A stretch of DNA of 64,000 nucleotides from Carcharhinus longimanus. Taxonomy: Eukaryota. Below are positions 49,712 through 62,635 of this stretch, in pieces (position 1 is the first letter of the stretch; every line of letters starts with the position of its first letter). The translations under genes and the position numbers were made by a program. The stretch spans positions 16,220,111-16,284,110 of the forward strand of contig JASCQW010000160.1 of the NCBI GenBank assembly GCA_030264375.1, written 5' to 3'. A model generated the notes under the pieces. It saw only the letters and a list, made by a program, of their open reading frames with translations. It was not told the DNA's origin and did not search any database.

Positions 49712-50790
49712 CTGCCAATGAGAGATTTGAACTTTTACAGGTGTGTCTCCAGCAGAAGCTTACCTGGGAAGGAGCGGTTTCCCCAGAGGACCCTCCCCAC
49801 GCTGACCTGGCCAGGGCCATAGGTTAACAAGATGAAAACCAAAAGAAAATAATTGCTGGAAATACTCAGCACGTTGGCAGCAACTGTAAAGCGCGAAACA
49901 AGAGTTGGCATTTCATACAGGCCTTTCACGATTGATCAGAAATGGTGAGTTGAAGGGAGGGGTGGATGTAAGNNNNNNNNNNNNNNNNNNNNNNNNNNNN
50001 NNNNNNNNNNNNNNNNNNNNNNNNNNNNNNNNNNNNNNNNNNNNNNNNNNNNNNNNNNNNNNNNNNNNNNNNTAGAGAATTCACAGGTTCCTCACCCTCT
50101 GATTTCTCGTTTCTCCTCATTTCAGTCCTAAATGCTCTACCCTGTATCCTGAGACTGTGGCCCCTTGTTTGAGAGCCTCCAGCCAGAGGAAACAACAGCC
50201 GGAATTTTACCAGCACGCCCGCTCCGATCCTAGGGCGAGCGAGGCTCGCAGAACAGCATTCTCCATTGGGCAAGGGAGTAATGTTCCAGCAAACATCTCA
50301 GAATCCTGACTAGGCTGGATAGATTGGATGCAATAAGATCCCCCATCATTCTTTCAAGTTCCAGTGAATATAGGCCCAGTTGACCCAATCTCTCCTCCCA
50401 TCCCAGAGATCAGAATATTTTAATCATTGATAGTGGCCAGATTCAGGATGAAATTTGGTTTGGGGGATCTTCCCAAGGCTTTAGTGGAAAAAAGTGCAGC
50501 TCACCTAAGACTGAATGTTGAAAAAACTGTTCATTTTATAGGCAGTAGAGAGGTCAGAAAAGGTAGAGCTCAGTGTTATCAGTGCACATGAAGCTAATCT
50601 CAACGCACAATCAACAAAAATGGCCTTAGATTATAATAAACATCTAAAATTATCTATGTTTGTCTTCAGAACAGTGACTGTACTGTAATTTATTAGTCGT
50701 AAAATGCTTTGAGATGTCCTGAGACGGTGGTAACATGCTATATAATTATAAGTTCTCTAAAGATAATGACTCATGGAACAATATTCCTAC

Positions 50791-50936
50791 CCATTCTTGC
50801 CCATAGCTGTCTTCAACATCATTATTAGTTGCATCCTCCCAAGCTAAACGTATACCAAGAAGCCTTGAAGGAAACCAGCCTTGGTCTGCCAAGACAGTGA
50901 AATAACAAAGAAATCCTCCAACTGACTCTGTTACAC
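50791..50936 (-). CDS. ATP12A: ATP12A exon (M7 and M7-M8 loop)
   Basis: 146 nt; [49 protein letters not shown]; SYGQ beta-subunit binding motif. Confidence 0.93.
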
Positions 50937-53015
50937 CTGTAAGAATTAGAGAAGCGGTCAGATTTCCGTATGAGTCTATATATAACTGAAGATGGACATG
51001 CAAAAACAGATACCCGAATAAAGTAGACATAAATATTCATGCAAAATGGGTTCTAATGACTGTTCACTCTATGTTGTCGTTGTTGTTGCTGCTGCAGCAA
51101 GGTTGGAGAATTTGACACCCAGCAAACTCTCTGTTCACTGCAGCTGGATGGGAAAATCCTACCAGCATGAACGATGGTGACATTCCAGCCTTTTTTCAAA
51201 AAAACCCAGAACTTTTCTCATTTCTTTCAGATAAAAATCCGGATGCTGGATCTTTAGACATTCACATTGGCGGGATCTCCCTGTCTCACGGATTGCATAA
51301 CCCTGCCAGAAGTGCATTCGACAGGAAACCCCATTGACAATGGCGGGACTAGGAGATCCTGCCGTCGGCCAATGGTGGACACACGTGGGTTACATAGAAA
51401 ACCCCACCCGTTGTTTGCATCAAAAACATCGATTCCCTGCTCTTTCTAACCCTATTTTTGGAAATGACTTCACAGGCCAGATGAAACTTCCCAAAGCCAC
51501 ACAGATAAATTTTCCAGTGAGGACAGATACACTCCATTACACATCTGCACACTTAAATTGCCTGCTAAATTTAGCGAAGGGGCTAAACATGAAGTTACAC
51601 GTTCAAGGACAAAAATATATTTACCAATAACATATGTACTTCCAAAGACCAAGTTCCTTGATGATTATTATTGTTATTCACTGGTCAGATATGGTGAAGA
51701 CTTGTGTGTTCTATTAAGGTATGGGTATAGGCTACTCAGATAGATCATGGCTGAACACCATCTGAGCTTCGGGAAATTTCAGACTTCCAGTACCCTTTGA
51801 GTGAAAACTTATTTTGTCATTTCACACCTGAATGGCCCAGGTCAAAGCTTTCCTTTGATTTGGAATCCTCCACCCAGCTTTTCTCTATCCACTCTGTCAA
51901 AAATCTTGGTTATTTCAAAGACCTGAAGTCCATAGAATCCCCACAGTGCAGAAGAGGCCATTCAGCCCATCAAGTCTCCACCAACTCTCTGACAGCATAT
52001 CCCACCCAGGCCCTCCCCTCTGCCATATTCCTGTAACCATGCCCATTTACCACTGCTAATCCACCCAACCGATACATCTTTGACAATTTAACATGGCCAA
52101 CCACCTAATCGATCATCCCTCAGTCTTCTAAACTTATAGGAATTCAAGCAATCACTCCTCCTTTTATGGGCAATGCATTCTCCTGCCTGGTCTCATCCTT
52201 GGAGTTTTCTGCTCCATTTCCATCACCATTTTAGCTAGCGTCCGATGCAGATTAGTACTCCGCATTTGCTCCCAAGCCAATTACAGCTCCTGGAAACCCC
52301 TAATACGATTTCACCAGTGTTTTGTTACTTGCCTAAGCTCAGTATCTTTCTCTGCAGCTACTTTTAAGATCCAGAAGACAGGTCAAACCTGCCACTCTTA
52401 ACTCTAGGAATACAGCACTCCAGCATTCAGTGGCAGCACTACAGCTTTTCCATGTCGGAAAGAAACTCAGAGCGGGGTTTCCTGGCCCCGGGACATGTCT
52501 TTCAGTGGCAGTGGCAGTGGCAGAGGCGGCTTGCCATTGGCTACCAGGAGGATTTTCCTGTCCTGCCAATGACTACCGCGTTTTGTGTGACTCGCCCATC
52601 CCATTGTCAGGGAACCCATCCATGGGGGGAGGGGGGACACCTCTGGAAGGACCAGAAAATTCCAACCTCAGAGGTTTGGGCAGAGGAGCTTGAAAATGAA
52701 AAAAACATATCCATTAAGGCAGTTTCCTGAATAAAATTTTAACAAGAAAAATAAAATGACTGAAAAGGGAAAACGGTTAGTAAAAGAGTACAAATCGAGT
52801 TTTTTGCTCAAAGATGAGCAAATGTCAAAATATGTACTTTGAATTGAATCTAGAATGGCAAGATCAAAAAAAAACTTGGATTACCATTAAGCTTGTATGT
52901 TTAATCTTATTGTATAACTAGTGCCCGACCACCTCAGTTACGAAGCTATTAAACTCTGGCAGTGTACAGCAAATAGTGAATCACAGTGCAGCAAATTTTA
53001 AGTGTGTCTGCTCAC

Positions 53016-53139
53016 CAACTTGCAGGTATGAATATGATGCCAGATGCAAGTTCACCAGTTGATCTTTGCTGGGGTTTCGGGGTTGGACATTCATTATATC
53101 TCTTTCAGCTTTCTCATAGGCCAATGAAATTGATGGGAT
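53016..53139 (-). CDS. ATP12A: ATP12A exon (M6-M7 loop)
   Basis: 124 nt; [41 protein letters not shown]. Confidence 0.93.
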
Positions 53140-53672
53140 CTGTTGATGAAGCAATCGGTTGATTAGAAGCCTACTTATAATTAGGACTCAAAAATCTTGG
53201 CATTTATATGTTACATACATCTCTGCATTCAGATACATAAAACAAAAGGATTTTGTACATTGATAATTCATATTCCAATTCTTCCCGATCAAAGCTTGTG
53301 CCCCAACATGTGTTCATTGTAAATTTCACCCACCTTACAGGAGTGCAGTAGAATTTTGCATGGTTCTTTTCAATTTTTGAATATTGGTTGGAATAGCAGT
53401 AGCGGTGGGGAATATTAGAGTTAGGGTTAGCAGTGATTTGCTCCTTACCCAACTTCCATTTCAAACCTGCCCCCAGTCCAGATTTGCTTCTGGTCTTTCT
53501 CTCCCACACAATTCATTCCGAGTGCTAATGGAGGCAAGATTGGAACCAAATTCCCACCTATCTAACGACCATCTCTTCCTAGTGGATGGTTGTGATGGTA
53601 GTTCTTGAGGTTGCAATGGCAATGACTCTGTTGTCCAACAATGGTGAAACAGGTCAAATTAAAAGCTCCCTT

Positions 53673-54000
53673 TCATAGAATCCTACAGTGCAGAAAGAGG
53701 CCATTCAGCCCATTAAGTCTGCACCAACCACAATCCCACCCAGGCCCTGTCCCCATATCCCTACATATTTACCCATTAATCGCTCTAACCTATGCATCCC
53801 GGGATACTAAAGGCAATTTAGCACAGCCAATCAACCTAGCCTGCACATTTTTGGACTGTGGGAGGAACCCAGAGGAAACCCATGCAGACAGAGGGAGAAT
53901 GTGAAAACTCCACACAGACAGTGGCCTGAGCTGGGATTCGGACCCAGGTCCCTGGAACTGTGAAGTAGCAGTGCTAACCACTGTGCTACCATGCCACCCA
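53673..54000 (-). mobile_element. HE1 SINE
   Basis: near full length; further copies or fragments at about 36608, 48060, 49165, 51930 and 56930. Confidence 0.88.
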
Positions 54001-54452
54001 TTCCTTGCAGACTGACTCCCATGCCTCCAATCTACAGTTTCTGACTGGCTCCCTTCACAACAGTGGAATTTTCTGCTCGTCCCTGGCCACATACCGCACT
54101 CCTGCTGTAGTGGGTTTCATGATAGCATCACAAACATTCCCTCCTTCGACTCAAGTGGGTTCCCTACTGCAATATTGCTTGCAGAGTCAAGATGCATGCA
54201 CTATTGTACAATGACCCAACGTTCTTGTGAGACTGCCCTCCTTTCATGTGTGCTGAAAATTATGAATTCATTATGTGACCATCTTCTAAGTAATGTGATG
54301 GGTGAAAGGGAAAATATAAGTTGAAATCAGCCATAATATGTCCATGATCGATCAATCCATTAAGAATGGAGCAATGATGATATGGAAAGAGGGAGGACAG
54401 GGAAAAGACCAAAACTGGTATAACTGATTCTAGAGCATGAATAATTACTTAC

Positions 54453-54607
54453 AACATCTGTACCCAAGTCAATGAGCAGAATGGTAATAGTACCGATGGG
54501 AAGCGGGATACTGGTAATGATGTACACGAGGAAAGGACACAACTCAGCCATGTTCTTTGTCAGGGTGTAGGCGATTGCCTTCTTCAGATTGTCAAAAATC
54601 AGACGAC
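54453..54607 (-). CDS. ATP12A: ATP12A exon (M5-M6)
   Basis: 155 nt; [51 protein letters not shown]; KNxAELCPF and IDLGTD separate it from ATP4A (KNIPELTPY, IELCTD) and ATP1A (SNIPEITPF). Confidence 0.95.
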
Positions 54608-55111
54608 CTGTTGAACATATTACACCGATTTGGCAGTGAGAAAACATCCACAGTCTGACAATGATCTTTATCTACTAAATCGCAAATCATAAACACACAA
54701 ACCTAAAGCAATGTCCGACAGCACAATATAGGCATTTCTCAATTGCCAGCTTCTCAACTTAATTCCCACAAATCCTAACTGGAGTTGAATAATTCGCCTG
54801 GAAATATTTCAAATCCAAAGACCCATTGAGTGCAGATCCTCCTCTTTGTCCAGATTCCTGCTCTTTCATCTCTTGCAGCTGAATTCGAATCATGCCCAGA
54901 CTCTACTTTTAGAAAAGGTTCTATAATGATGGAGTGAAGAAAAGCACCTGAGCTTGTGCACGCTGCAAGGACTGTATCCAAAGTGTATCTTTCCCTCTCC
55001 TTTCCCCAACCTGCTGCATAACATTTTCCACTTGCATTTGGAAGTTGATTGGATAAAGAAAGAACATTTATTTGTGAACTGCACTTTACCTGGGATTCCA
55101 ATCACAGGCCA

Positions 55112-55404
55112 CAATCCCTACAGTGCAGGAAGCGGCCATTCGGCCCATCAACCACAATCCCACCCAGGCCCTATATCCATAACCCCATGCATTTACCCCA
55201 GTCAGTCCCCTGACACCAAGGGGCAATTCAGTATGGCCAATCCACCTAACCCATGCATTTTTGGACTGTGGGAGGAAACTGGAGCACCCAGAGGAAACCC
55301 ACACAGACATGTGGAGAATGTGCAAACTCTACACAGTGACCCAAGCGGAATTGAACCTAGATCCCTGGCACTGTGAGGCAGCAATGCTAACCAACATGCC
55401 ACCC
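55112..55404 (-). mobile_element. HE1 SINE
   Basis: reverse complement of the HE1 pattern. Confidence 0.88.
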
Positions 55405-56039
55405 AGAAAATCAGGTGCAACCCCAGTTCAGCATGGGGCTTCTGGCTCCATTCTAGGCCCACGAGGGTTCCAATACCTATAAAAGCCTGCCTCCAAGAGC
55501 TGCCAGATAATTGGAGGGCTAACAACTCTTCATCCCAGCAGGGCCACCCAACTAAAACGCAGCTATGGATGCAGTCCTCAGAACAAGGTGAATGGAGTCA
55601 CGCATCATCAGGGTCAGTTATGGAATCTCTGACCAAGGGGGTGGCCAGACGGGAAGGGGTGGGCAGAAATGTGCTGGTGAAGGCAGCAGAGATGTTGCAA
55701 TGGTGGCAGCCACTCCCTAGACCATAGGGTTACTGATTCGGAGGAAACCCCACCACTGTGCCCTCAGCAAGGCTGCCATGTTCACCAAGCAGCCACTCCA
55801 CGTAAGAGGGCTCCCCACTGCTGGTCTAATGCCAGCAGCACCAAGAAGACACCCTTAATTAGGCACTTAAATGTCCCAGTTGGCCTTCGATTGGGAGGGA
55901 AAGCCACCCTCCATCTTGCCACCAAGGTAGCGGGCACTCTCGCCTTTCCTCACTACATCCTGCACCCCCCCAGCCCCGTCCCCTCCCTTCCAGTGAGTCC
56001 ATCACCCGTGAGAACTAGTAAGATTCAGTACGTCATTTA

Positions 56040-56303
<264 letters not shown>

Positions 56304-56604
56304 TCAAGTCCCCATGAATCTTTTAGGTGAAAAAAATCTCCAAAGCTTCATAATTCCCTAATCTTCTACAACAAATATCAACTTTATTGTAACAGTACTA
56401 CTTGTAGTCACTTTACCCAATAGTTGAGGTCAAGTTACAAAGGGAATAATCAAACTGATCAAGAAAATGGTCCCTTCCTCAATACCGCACTGGCCGAGAT
56501 CATGTGCTCCCTGAAGTGTGACTTAAATCTGTATCATTCAAACATTAAGGTGAAAATGCCACCACTTTTCTGAGCTAACTTCAGATTAACAGGTGAATGG
56601 TTAC

Positions 56605-56755
56605 CTGTCTTTGGCAGGCCTCAACGATAATTAATTTCTGCTGAGGTGACGTCCTGGCAAATACAATTTCACTGTGATTCCTCAAAATGTTGTCCAGGAA
56701 CTCTGGGTCCATCACTTGGAAATCTGACCCGTTTATCACAGCAGCTTTGGCTTCC
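56605..56755 (-). CDS. ATP12A: ATP12A exon (P domain)
   Basis: 151 nt; [50 protein letters not shown]. Confidence 0.93.
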
Positions 56756-57281
56756 CTTATTCAAAATACAAAGAACATTTACACCGTGTTATATTTACTG
56801 CATTTCATAACTTGGCATATTTTCATATCACAGTTATTTTCAGGCATGTCAACTGTAGGGTCCTCGAGTTCAACGTGAATATTAAAACCTCTCTGTTCCT
56901 CCTGCTGTCAACATGCATCGAGTCTATATATCAGTCCAAAGATGCGCGAGTTAGAGACAATTTAGCATTGCCAATTCACCTTAGTGTCAACTAGGGTAAA
57001 TGCATGGGGTTATAGGAATGGGGCCTGTGTGGGATTATGGTTGGTGCAGCCTCGATGAGCCAAATGGCCTCCTTCTGCGCTGTAGAATTCGACAATTCTA
57101 CATGTTGACGTGTGATTAGCTTCTCTATGCCATCAGATATCAACAGATGTTAGCCACACTGGTCAGTCTCCCATACCTGTATCAGGAATACAACACCAAC
57201 AGCTCATTTAAACACCCACGCAAGTTACTGGCTGCAAAGTAGCCTCGTGTCATTTACCCTGCCTATGGAATTCTCTCTCAG

Positions 57282-57562
57282 GCAGGCGGCACAGTGGTTA
57301 GCATTGCTGCCTCAAAGCGCCAGAGACCCAAGTTCAATTCCCAGCTTGTCTGTGCAGAGTTTGCACGTTCTCCCCGTGTTTACGTGGGTTTCCTCCGAGT
57401 GCTTGGGGTTTCCTCCCACAGACTGCAAGACATGCTAGTTAGTTGCATTGACCAAAATAAATTCTCCTTTGTACCCAAACAGACTCTGGAGTGTGACAAC
57501 TGGGGGATTTTCACAATGGCTTCATTACAGTGTTGATATAAGCCTACTTGTAACACTAATAA
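57282..57562 (+). mobile_element. V-SINE, alternative-tail subtype
   Basis: tail cattacagtgttgatataagcctacttgtaacactaataaa. Confidence 0.85.
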
Positions 57563-58021
57563 AAAACACATTAGGCATAATTCTACAATCCTAGCAGGGA
57601 GCTGTGCTGATAGAGAGTACTGAGTAGAGAATGCAACCTGTATCTGATCTAATGTGGTACATGACACCCCTCCACCTATCCCCACACTGAGTGAGAGAGA
57701 ACAAGGAATTATGCCTTCTGTTTCTTGTAGGTATAGCTTTGAGATACAGAATCAACCAAAAGCAAAATACTGCAGATGCCAGAAATCTGAAATTAAAAAC
57801 AGACAATGTCTGCAGAAAGAAAAGCAAAAGAGTGATTTTTTTTCAGTTTTAGATCAGATTTAAGTTCATAAATGCTTGCTGTACCAGGAGCACTCAAGGA
57901 AGCGGAGAATAACTTGTGAGAAATGCTTGCTGATGGCCCAGTACAATTTCTCCAATAATTAAATCTCAATAACATGGTGAAAGAAAGAGTCTTTAGTGTA
58001 ACACAGATTACCTCAATCTAC

Positions 58022-58158
58022 CTTTTATTCACTTGGGTGACAGGGATATTAAGGCGCTTTGCGATTTCTTCCACTGTCTCACTGCCAGCCGAGATAATGC
58101 CAGTACTCCTTGCTATAGCCTTTGCTGTGATTGGGTGATCTCCAGAGACCATAATGAC
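58022..58158 (-). CDS. ATP12A: ATP12A exon (P domain)
   Basis: 137 nt; [45 protein letters not shown]. Confidence 0.93.
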
Positions 58159-60165
58159 CTGTCAGGGAGAGATAAATAGGCACTTGTTAATTTTTTTTAT
58201 TCATTTGTGGGACATGGGCTTCGCTGGCTGGCCAGCATTTATTACCCATCCTAGTTGCCCGAGGGCAGTTGAGAGCCAATCACATCACTGTGGCTCTGGA
58301 GTCACATGCAGGCCAGACCAGGTGAGGTTGGCAGATTTCCCTCCCTAAAGGACATTAGTGAACCAGATGGGTTTGTCTGACGATCGGCAATGGTTTCATA
58401 GTCATCGGTAGACCGAATTTCTATTTTATTATTGAATTCAAATTCCATCATCTGCCACGGTGGGATTCAAACCTGGGTCCCCAGATCATTAAGTTGAGTT
58501 CATGGATTAACAGTCCAGCAATAATACATGAAGCCATTGCCCCCCCCCCCACACCCACACTAATGTTAAGAGCTTTAAAACAAAACTAACAAAATTCAAA
58601 GATTTCCAGTCCATCAGACACTTTTAATTTTGTGGGTTTTACAGAATTTAATAGGTTCTGTAAAATTCTCAGGTTAAAATGCATAAAATCATTACATTTT
58701 GATGTCTGATAATATACCTTTTTATCTGATATCCCAGTGTAGCAGAAACTGCCAATTTACTGGCATTCTGTGTGTGAAAGATGTGAAGGCCGTAGATAGA
58801 GGGAGACCACAAAAAGAATTCACAAAAATGGATCCAGAAATAAAGAATAATCTCAAAATACTGCAGATGCTGAAATCTGAAACAAATTCTGTGTGCTCGC
58901 ACGCAGCGGCAGCAGAATAGCCGGAAAATTCCTTGTGTCAGCTCTCGACTGAGTTATCCAATTCATTCAATTTCTCTGCTCTTTGCCCATAGTAGTTATT
59001 TATTTACAAACAGAAAATGCTGGAAAATCTCAGCAGGTTTCAGAGCATCTGTGGGGAGAGAATAGGGCCAACTTTTCAAAGAACAAAGAGAATCAGGAAA
59101 GATTTATACCACGAGGGTGGCAGGGAAAGGGGCGGAATGGGACAAAGGGAATGTAAATGAGGATACAGAAGGCTGAGAAGGTGCTAAAAGTACCCATTAA
59201 GAGATTAGAATGAGTGAATGGCAGAACACAGGCACAGGCGCTGTTCCTCCAGTTTTGCGCTGGTGTTCATTAGAACATTGCAAAAGCCAAGGACGGACAT
59301 GTAGACAGGAGAGCAGGGTGGTGTGTTGAAATGGCAAGTGACAGAAAGCTCTGCATCCTGTAGAGATTCTCTGATTTTATTCTATGATTTAAATGTAGCT
59401 GTTTTCTGGGTTTTTTTCAAACTCCAGGCTTTGCTGTCCAAGAAACCTTTAATCTGGTTAGCTGAATGATGTCTTCTCTACTCACAGATCCTGTGCTGAA
59501 AAGCCTCTAAAAGTCAGTGAGCTGCTGCATGCAAGGTGAACAGAGCAAAGTCCAGGCCATTATAAATTAAATCAAAAAGCCCTCTGGGCCATATGGATGA
59601 AAATTCCTGCCAATTATATATGCTGACTGTTCTTTTTAAGATACTACCTAGTATCTCTAGGTCGTAAATATGAATGTTTCCCTAATATTTAATAATTAAT
59701 TGCAAACATGGTACATCCGTACCCATTTCCTTTGCATGAGGTAAATAATTTGACCATTGGCTCTCTATCTTTCAGGCCAATTTCTTGCTTTCTTCTCTAT
59801 AACAGGGTACCAAGATCACTTGCAATTAATTTCACTCTAAAACCAGCAGAGTACCATTACCACCCCAAAAACCTCCAAGATTACCATGGTTGGGGAATCT
59901 AAACCCACAGAACTTTCCATTTTACAAAACTGTAAGCAGGATTAAAAGAAACATGAGCTAACTATTTTGGATAATTATTGCCTTTGGATAGCGATTTTGG
60001 CAAATGAGTCAGAAAGAAAAGCAAGTGTGATTGCACCAAATTTGCATAATTGCATATCATTCTTATAGGGTTAAACAATTTTGGGGGAAAAACATACTGG
60101 CATTCATCAATTTAACCTTAGCGGGAAAGTATTAAAAGCAAATTACATGCAATGGAAGACCATAC

Positions 60166-60341
60166 CCTGATTCCTGCACTTCTGCATTTTAGTACAGCGT
60201 CTGGCACATTTGAACGAGGTGGATCAATCAGAGACAGAAGACCAATGAAGCATAAATTGGAGATTGGGAAATTCTTTTCGTCTGCGTCAAATATGTACAA
60301 ATCTGGATATTTGTCTTTTGGCAAATATTGATGACAAAATC
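60166..60341 (-). CDS. ATP12A: ATP12A exon (N domain, DPPR hinge)
   Basis: 176 nt; [58 protein letters not shown]. Confidence 0.94.
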
Positions 60342-60571
60342 CTAAAAGAATTGAAAATTGTTAGTGAAAAACTCACAAAACATAATTGTGACATTAAATT
60401 CCTACCAAAATCTATATGGCTAATTAATTAGCAAGCTTAAAAAAAGGTGGAACATTTGGTTATTTAAGGAAGAACATGGCAAAATATAGGCCACAAAAAT
60501 TTCTAACTCCAAATTATATAAACAGAATTGCTGAGATTTTGCAGAAGGGTCAATGTTCATGTCAAGATCAT

Positions 60572-61028
60572 GGGCGGTGCAGTGGCACAATGGTTAGCAC
60601 TGCTGCCCCGCAGCTCCACAGACCCGCGTTTGATTCCAGCCTTGGGTGACTGTCTTTGTCGAGTTTACATGTTTTCCCTGTGTCTATGTGCGTTTTCTCC
60701 TGGTGCTCCAGTTTCCTTTGACAATTGAAAGATGTGCAAGGTAGGAAGATTAGCAATGGCAAATTGCTCCTCAGTGCCCCAGGTTGTGTAGGTTNNNNNN
60801 NNNNNNNNNNNNNNNNNNNNNNNNNNNNNNNNNNNNNNNNNNNNNNNNNNNNNNNNNNNNNNNNNNNNNNNNNNNNNNNNNNNNNNNNNNNNNNTCCCTT
60901 AGTGTCAGGGGGGTTAGCAGGGTCAATATGTGGGGTTATGGGGATTGGGTCTGGGTAGGAATGATGTTGGTGCAGGCTTCGTGAGCTAAATGGCCTCCAT
61001 CTGCACTGCAGTGATTCTATGATTCTAT
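60572..61028 (+). mobile_element. HE1 SINE spanning a gap
   Basis: head before the gap, tail after it. Confidence 0.8.
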
Positions 61029-61439
61029 ATGAGTCCATATGAACACAGTGGGTCGTTGCAGTGCTGTAACTATTCCATCATCCCATAAATTTAACTTATC
61101 ACAGGAGAAGCGGAAATTAACACTGACTTATGTTGAAAGTAGCACCAGCTAACACTCAGCCCCAACCAAATCCACAGCAAATCCTCTGCTAGAGAGGTGG
61201 CCCAGGAAAATTAGATATAAAGTATCAATTGCATTTGAATCTGTCTAAAGTCCACCAATCACTAGTTGGTTGTAATAATGCCAAAGAGAAATGTCTGGAG
61301 AATGTGGTGATCATCAAATCTATACACACATGTGCAGCTAATCAAAACAATTCAGAGAGGTGCAACTTGGTTTTAAAAGTAAATTTTCATATATGGGGTC
61401 ATGTGAATTATGAGAAAAATGGTCTTTACTGAGAAAGTC

Positions 61440-61715
61440 CTGTAGCACAGTTGGGCCAGACGTTCTCGGTTCAAGTCCCATTTCAGGACTTGATGGCCAT
61501 GGAAGGTGTGTTCATAACAGGAACAAACAGGTTAATCCTTCCCCAATAGGCCTGATGGCAGATTGTAAGAGCAGGAGGGTTTCCTGATCAGCCATTTTGC
61601 AGAAGGCAATGGCAAATCACTGCGGTACTTTTTGCCATACAAATTCATGGCCCAATCAAATGGAAGTTCATGGTTGCCAATGCCTTCCTAGGGCAGGGTA
61701 CGTGAAGGAGGTGCA
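61440..61715 (+). mobile_element. tRNA-headed SINE with RTE-type tail
   Basis: ggttcaagtccc B-box; gaaggcaatggcaaatcactgcggtacttt resembles RTE/BovB 3' ends; related head at 23305-23400. Confidence 0.55.
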
Positions 61716-62072
61716 GGTCTTCACATCAATGTCAGTTGAGTTAATGTATTCATAAAATGAAGAGATAAATTCTTGATCTTTGCTTAAACTAGAAGCATTA
61801 AAGTAGGAACAAAAACTAAAATCAATAAACCAACCTCGATCTGTTTAATTTCACTGGCCAGGATTTTCTAGCTCCATTGGAAATTCCCACTGAAAGTCAA
61901 TGGATGTTTTGCTCATCGCCAAATTTTCCAATTCTCTCGCAACCAGAAAATCTAGCCCATTATTGTTAGACAGATTCATTGAGCTAATAATTAGCTGTCC
62001 AGTAAGATAATTTGTTCAAATTAAATACTCCAATGAGTCATACATGGTGCACCTCTTATCTCGTCTTCTTAC

Positions 62073-62265
62073 CTAGAACTCTCTCCCCCATCCCTCCAAA
62101 TTCATGATAAGCCGAGTTAATAACTTCTATCTGACTATCATCCAGAGGAACCTCTCTGCCCTGAAGCATTATGGTGGAACAAGATTCCAAGATGCGTTCT
62201 GGTGCCCCCTTCATCGCTAGGAGGAGACGTTTATCATATGGATTGTTGGTCTTATGAATGGACAG
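62073..62265 (-). CDS. ATP12A: ATP12A exon (N domain, KGAPE)
   Basis: 193 nt; [64 protein letters not shown]. Confidence 0.94.
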
Positions 62266-62444
62266 CTAAAAATAAAAATGCATTAGTTAAACATCTACTA
62301 TATTGGTTTTATTTTGCTTTAAGGAGGAAAGATGTAAATGGAGTAAATGTAAATGGCTAAACCAGTCATAGGATTTGTTTTAGAATTCACCTCGTAAATT
62401 GGACTGCACCTCCCACCATCTGTAACACACGGTGCACCTCTTAC

Positions 62445-62635
62445 CTAGAGCATATGCTCTTAACCCTCCAAGTTCAAGACAATCCGACTGAATGATTTCT
62501 ATCTCAACATCATCCAGCGGGATCTCTCAGCCCTGAAACATTGTGTGGAACAAGACCCAGTATGCTCTCTGGCATCCACTCTTCATCATTAAGAGGACTT
62601 GCCTGATGTTAGCTGATGTCAAATAAAGCAGACAC
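62445..62635 (-). pseudogene. Degenerate tandem duplicate (pseudo-exon) of the ATP12A KGAPE exon
   Basis: reads QVLLMMK..PESILG.CST..FQG*EIPLDDVEIEIIQSDCLELGGLRAYAL with frameshifts and a stop; keeps the donor CTAG|gtaaga; 5' boundary approximate. Confidence 0.85.
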
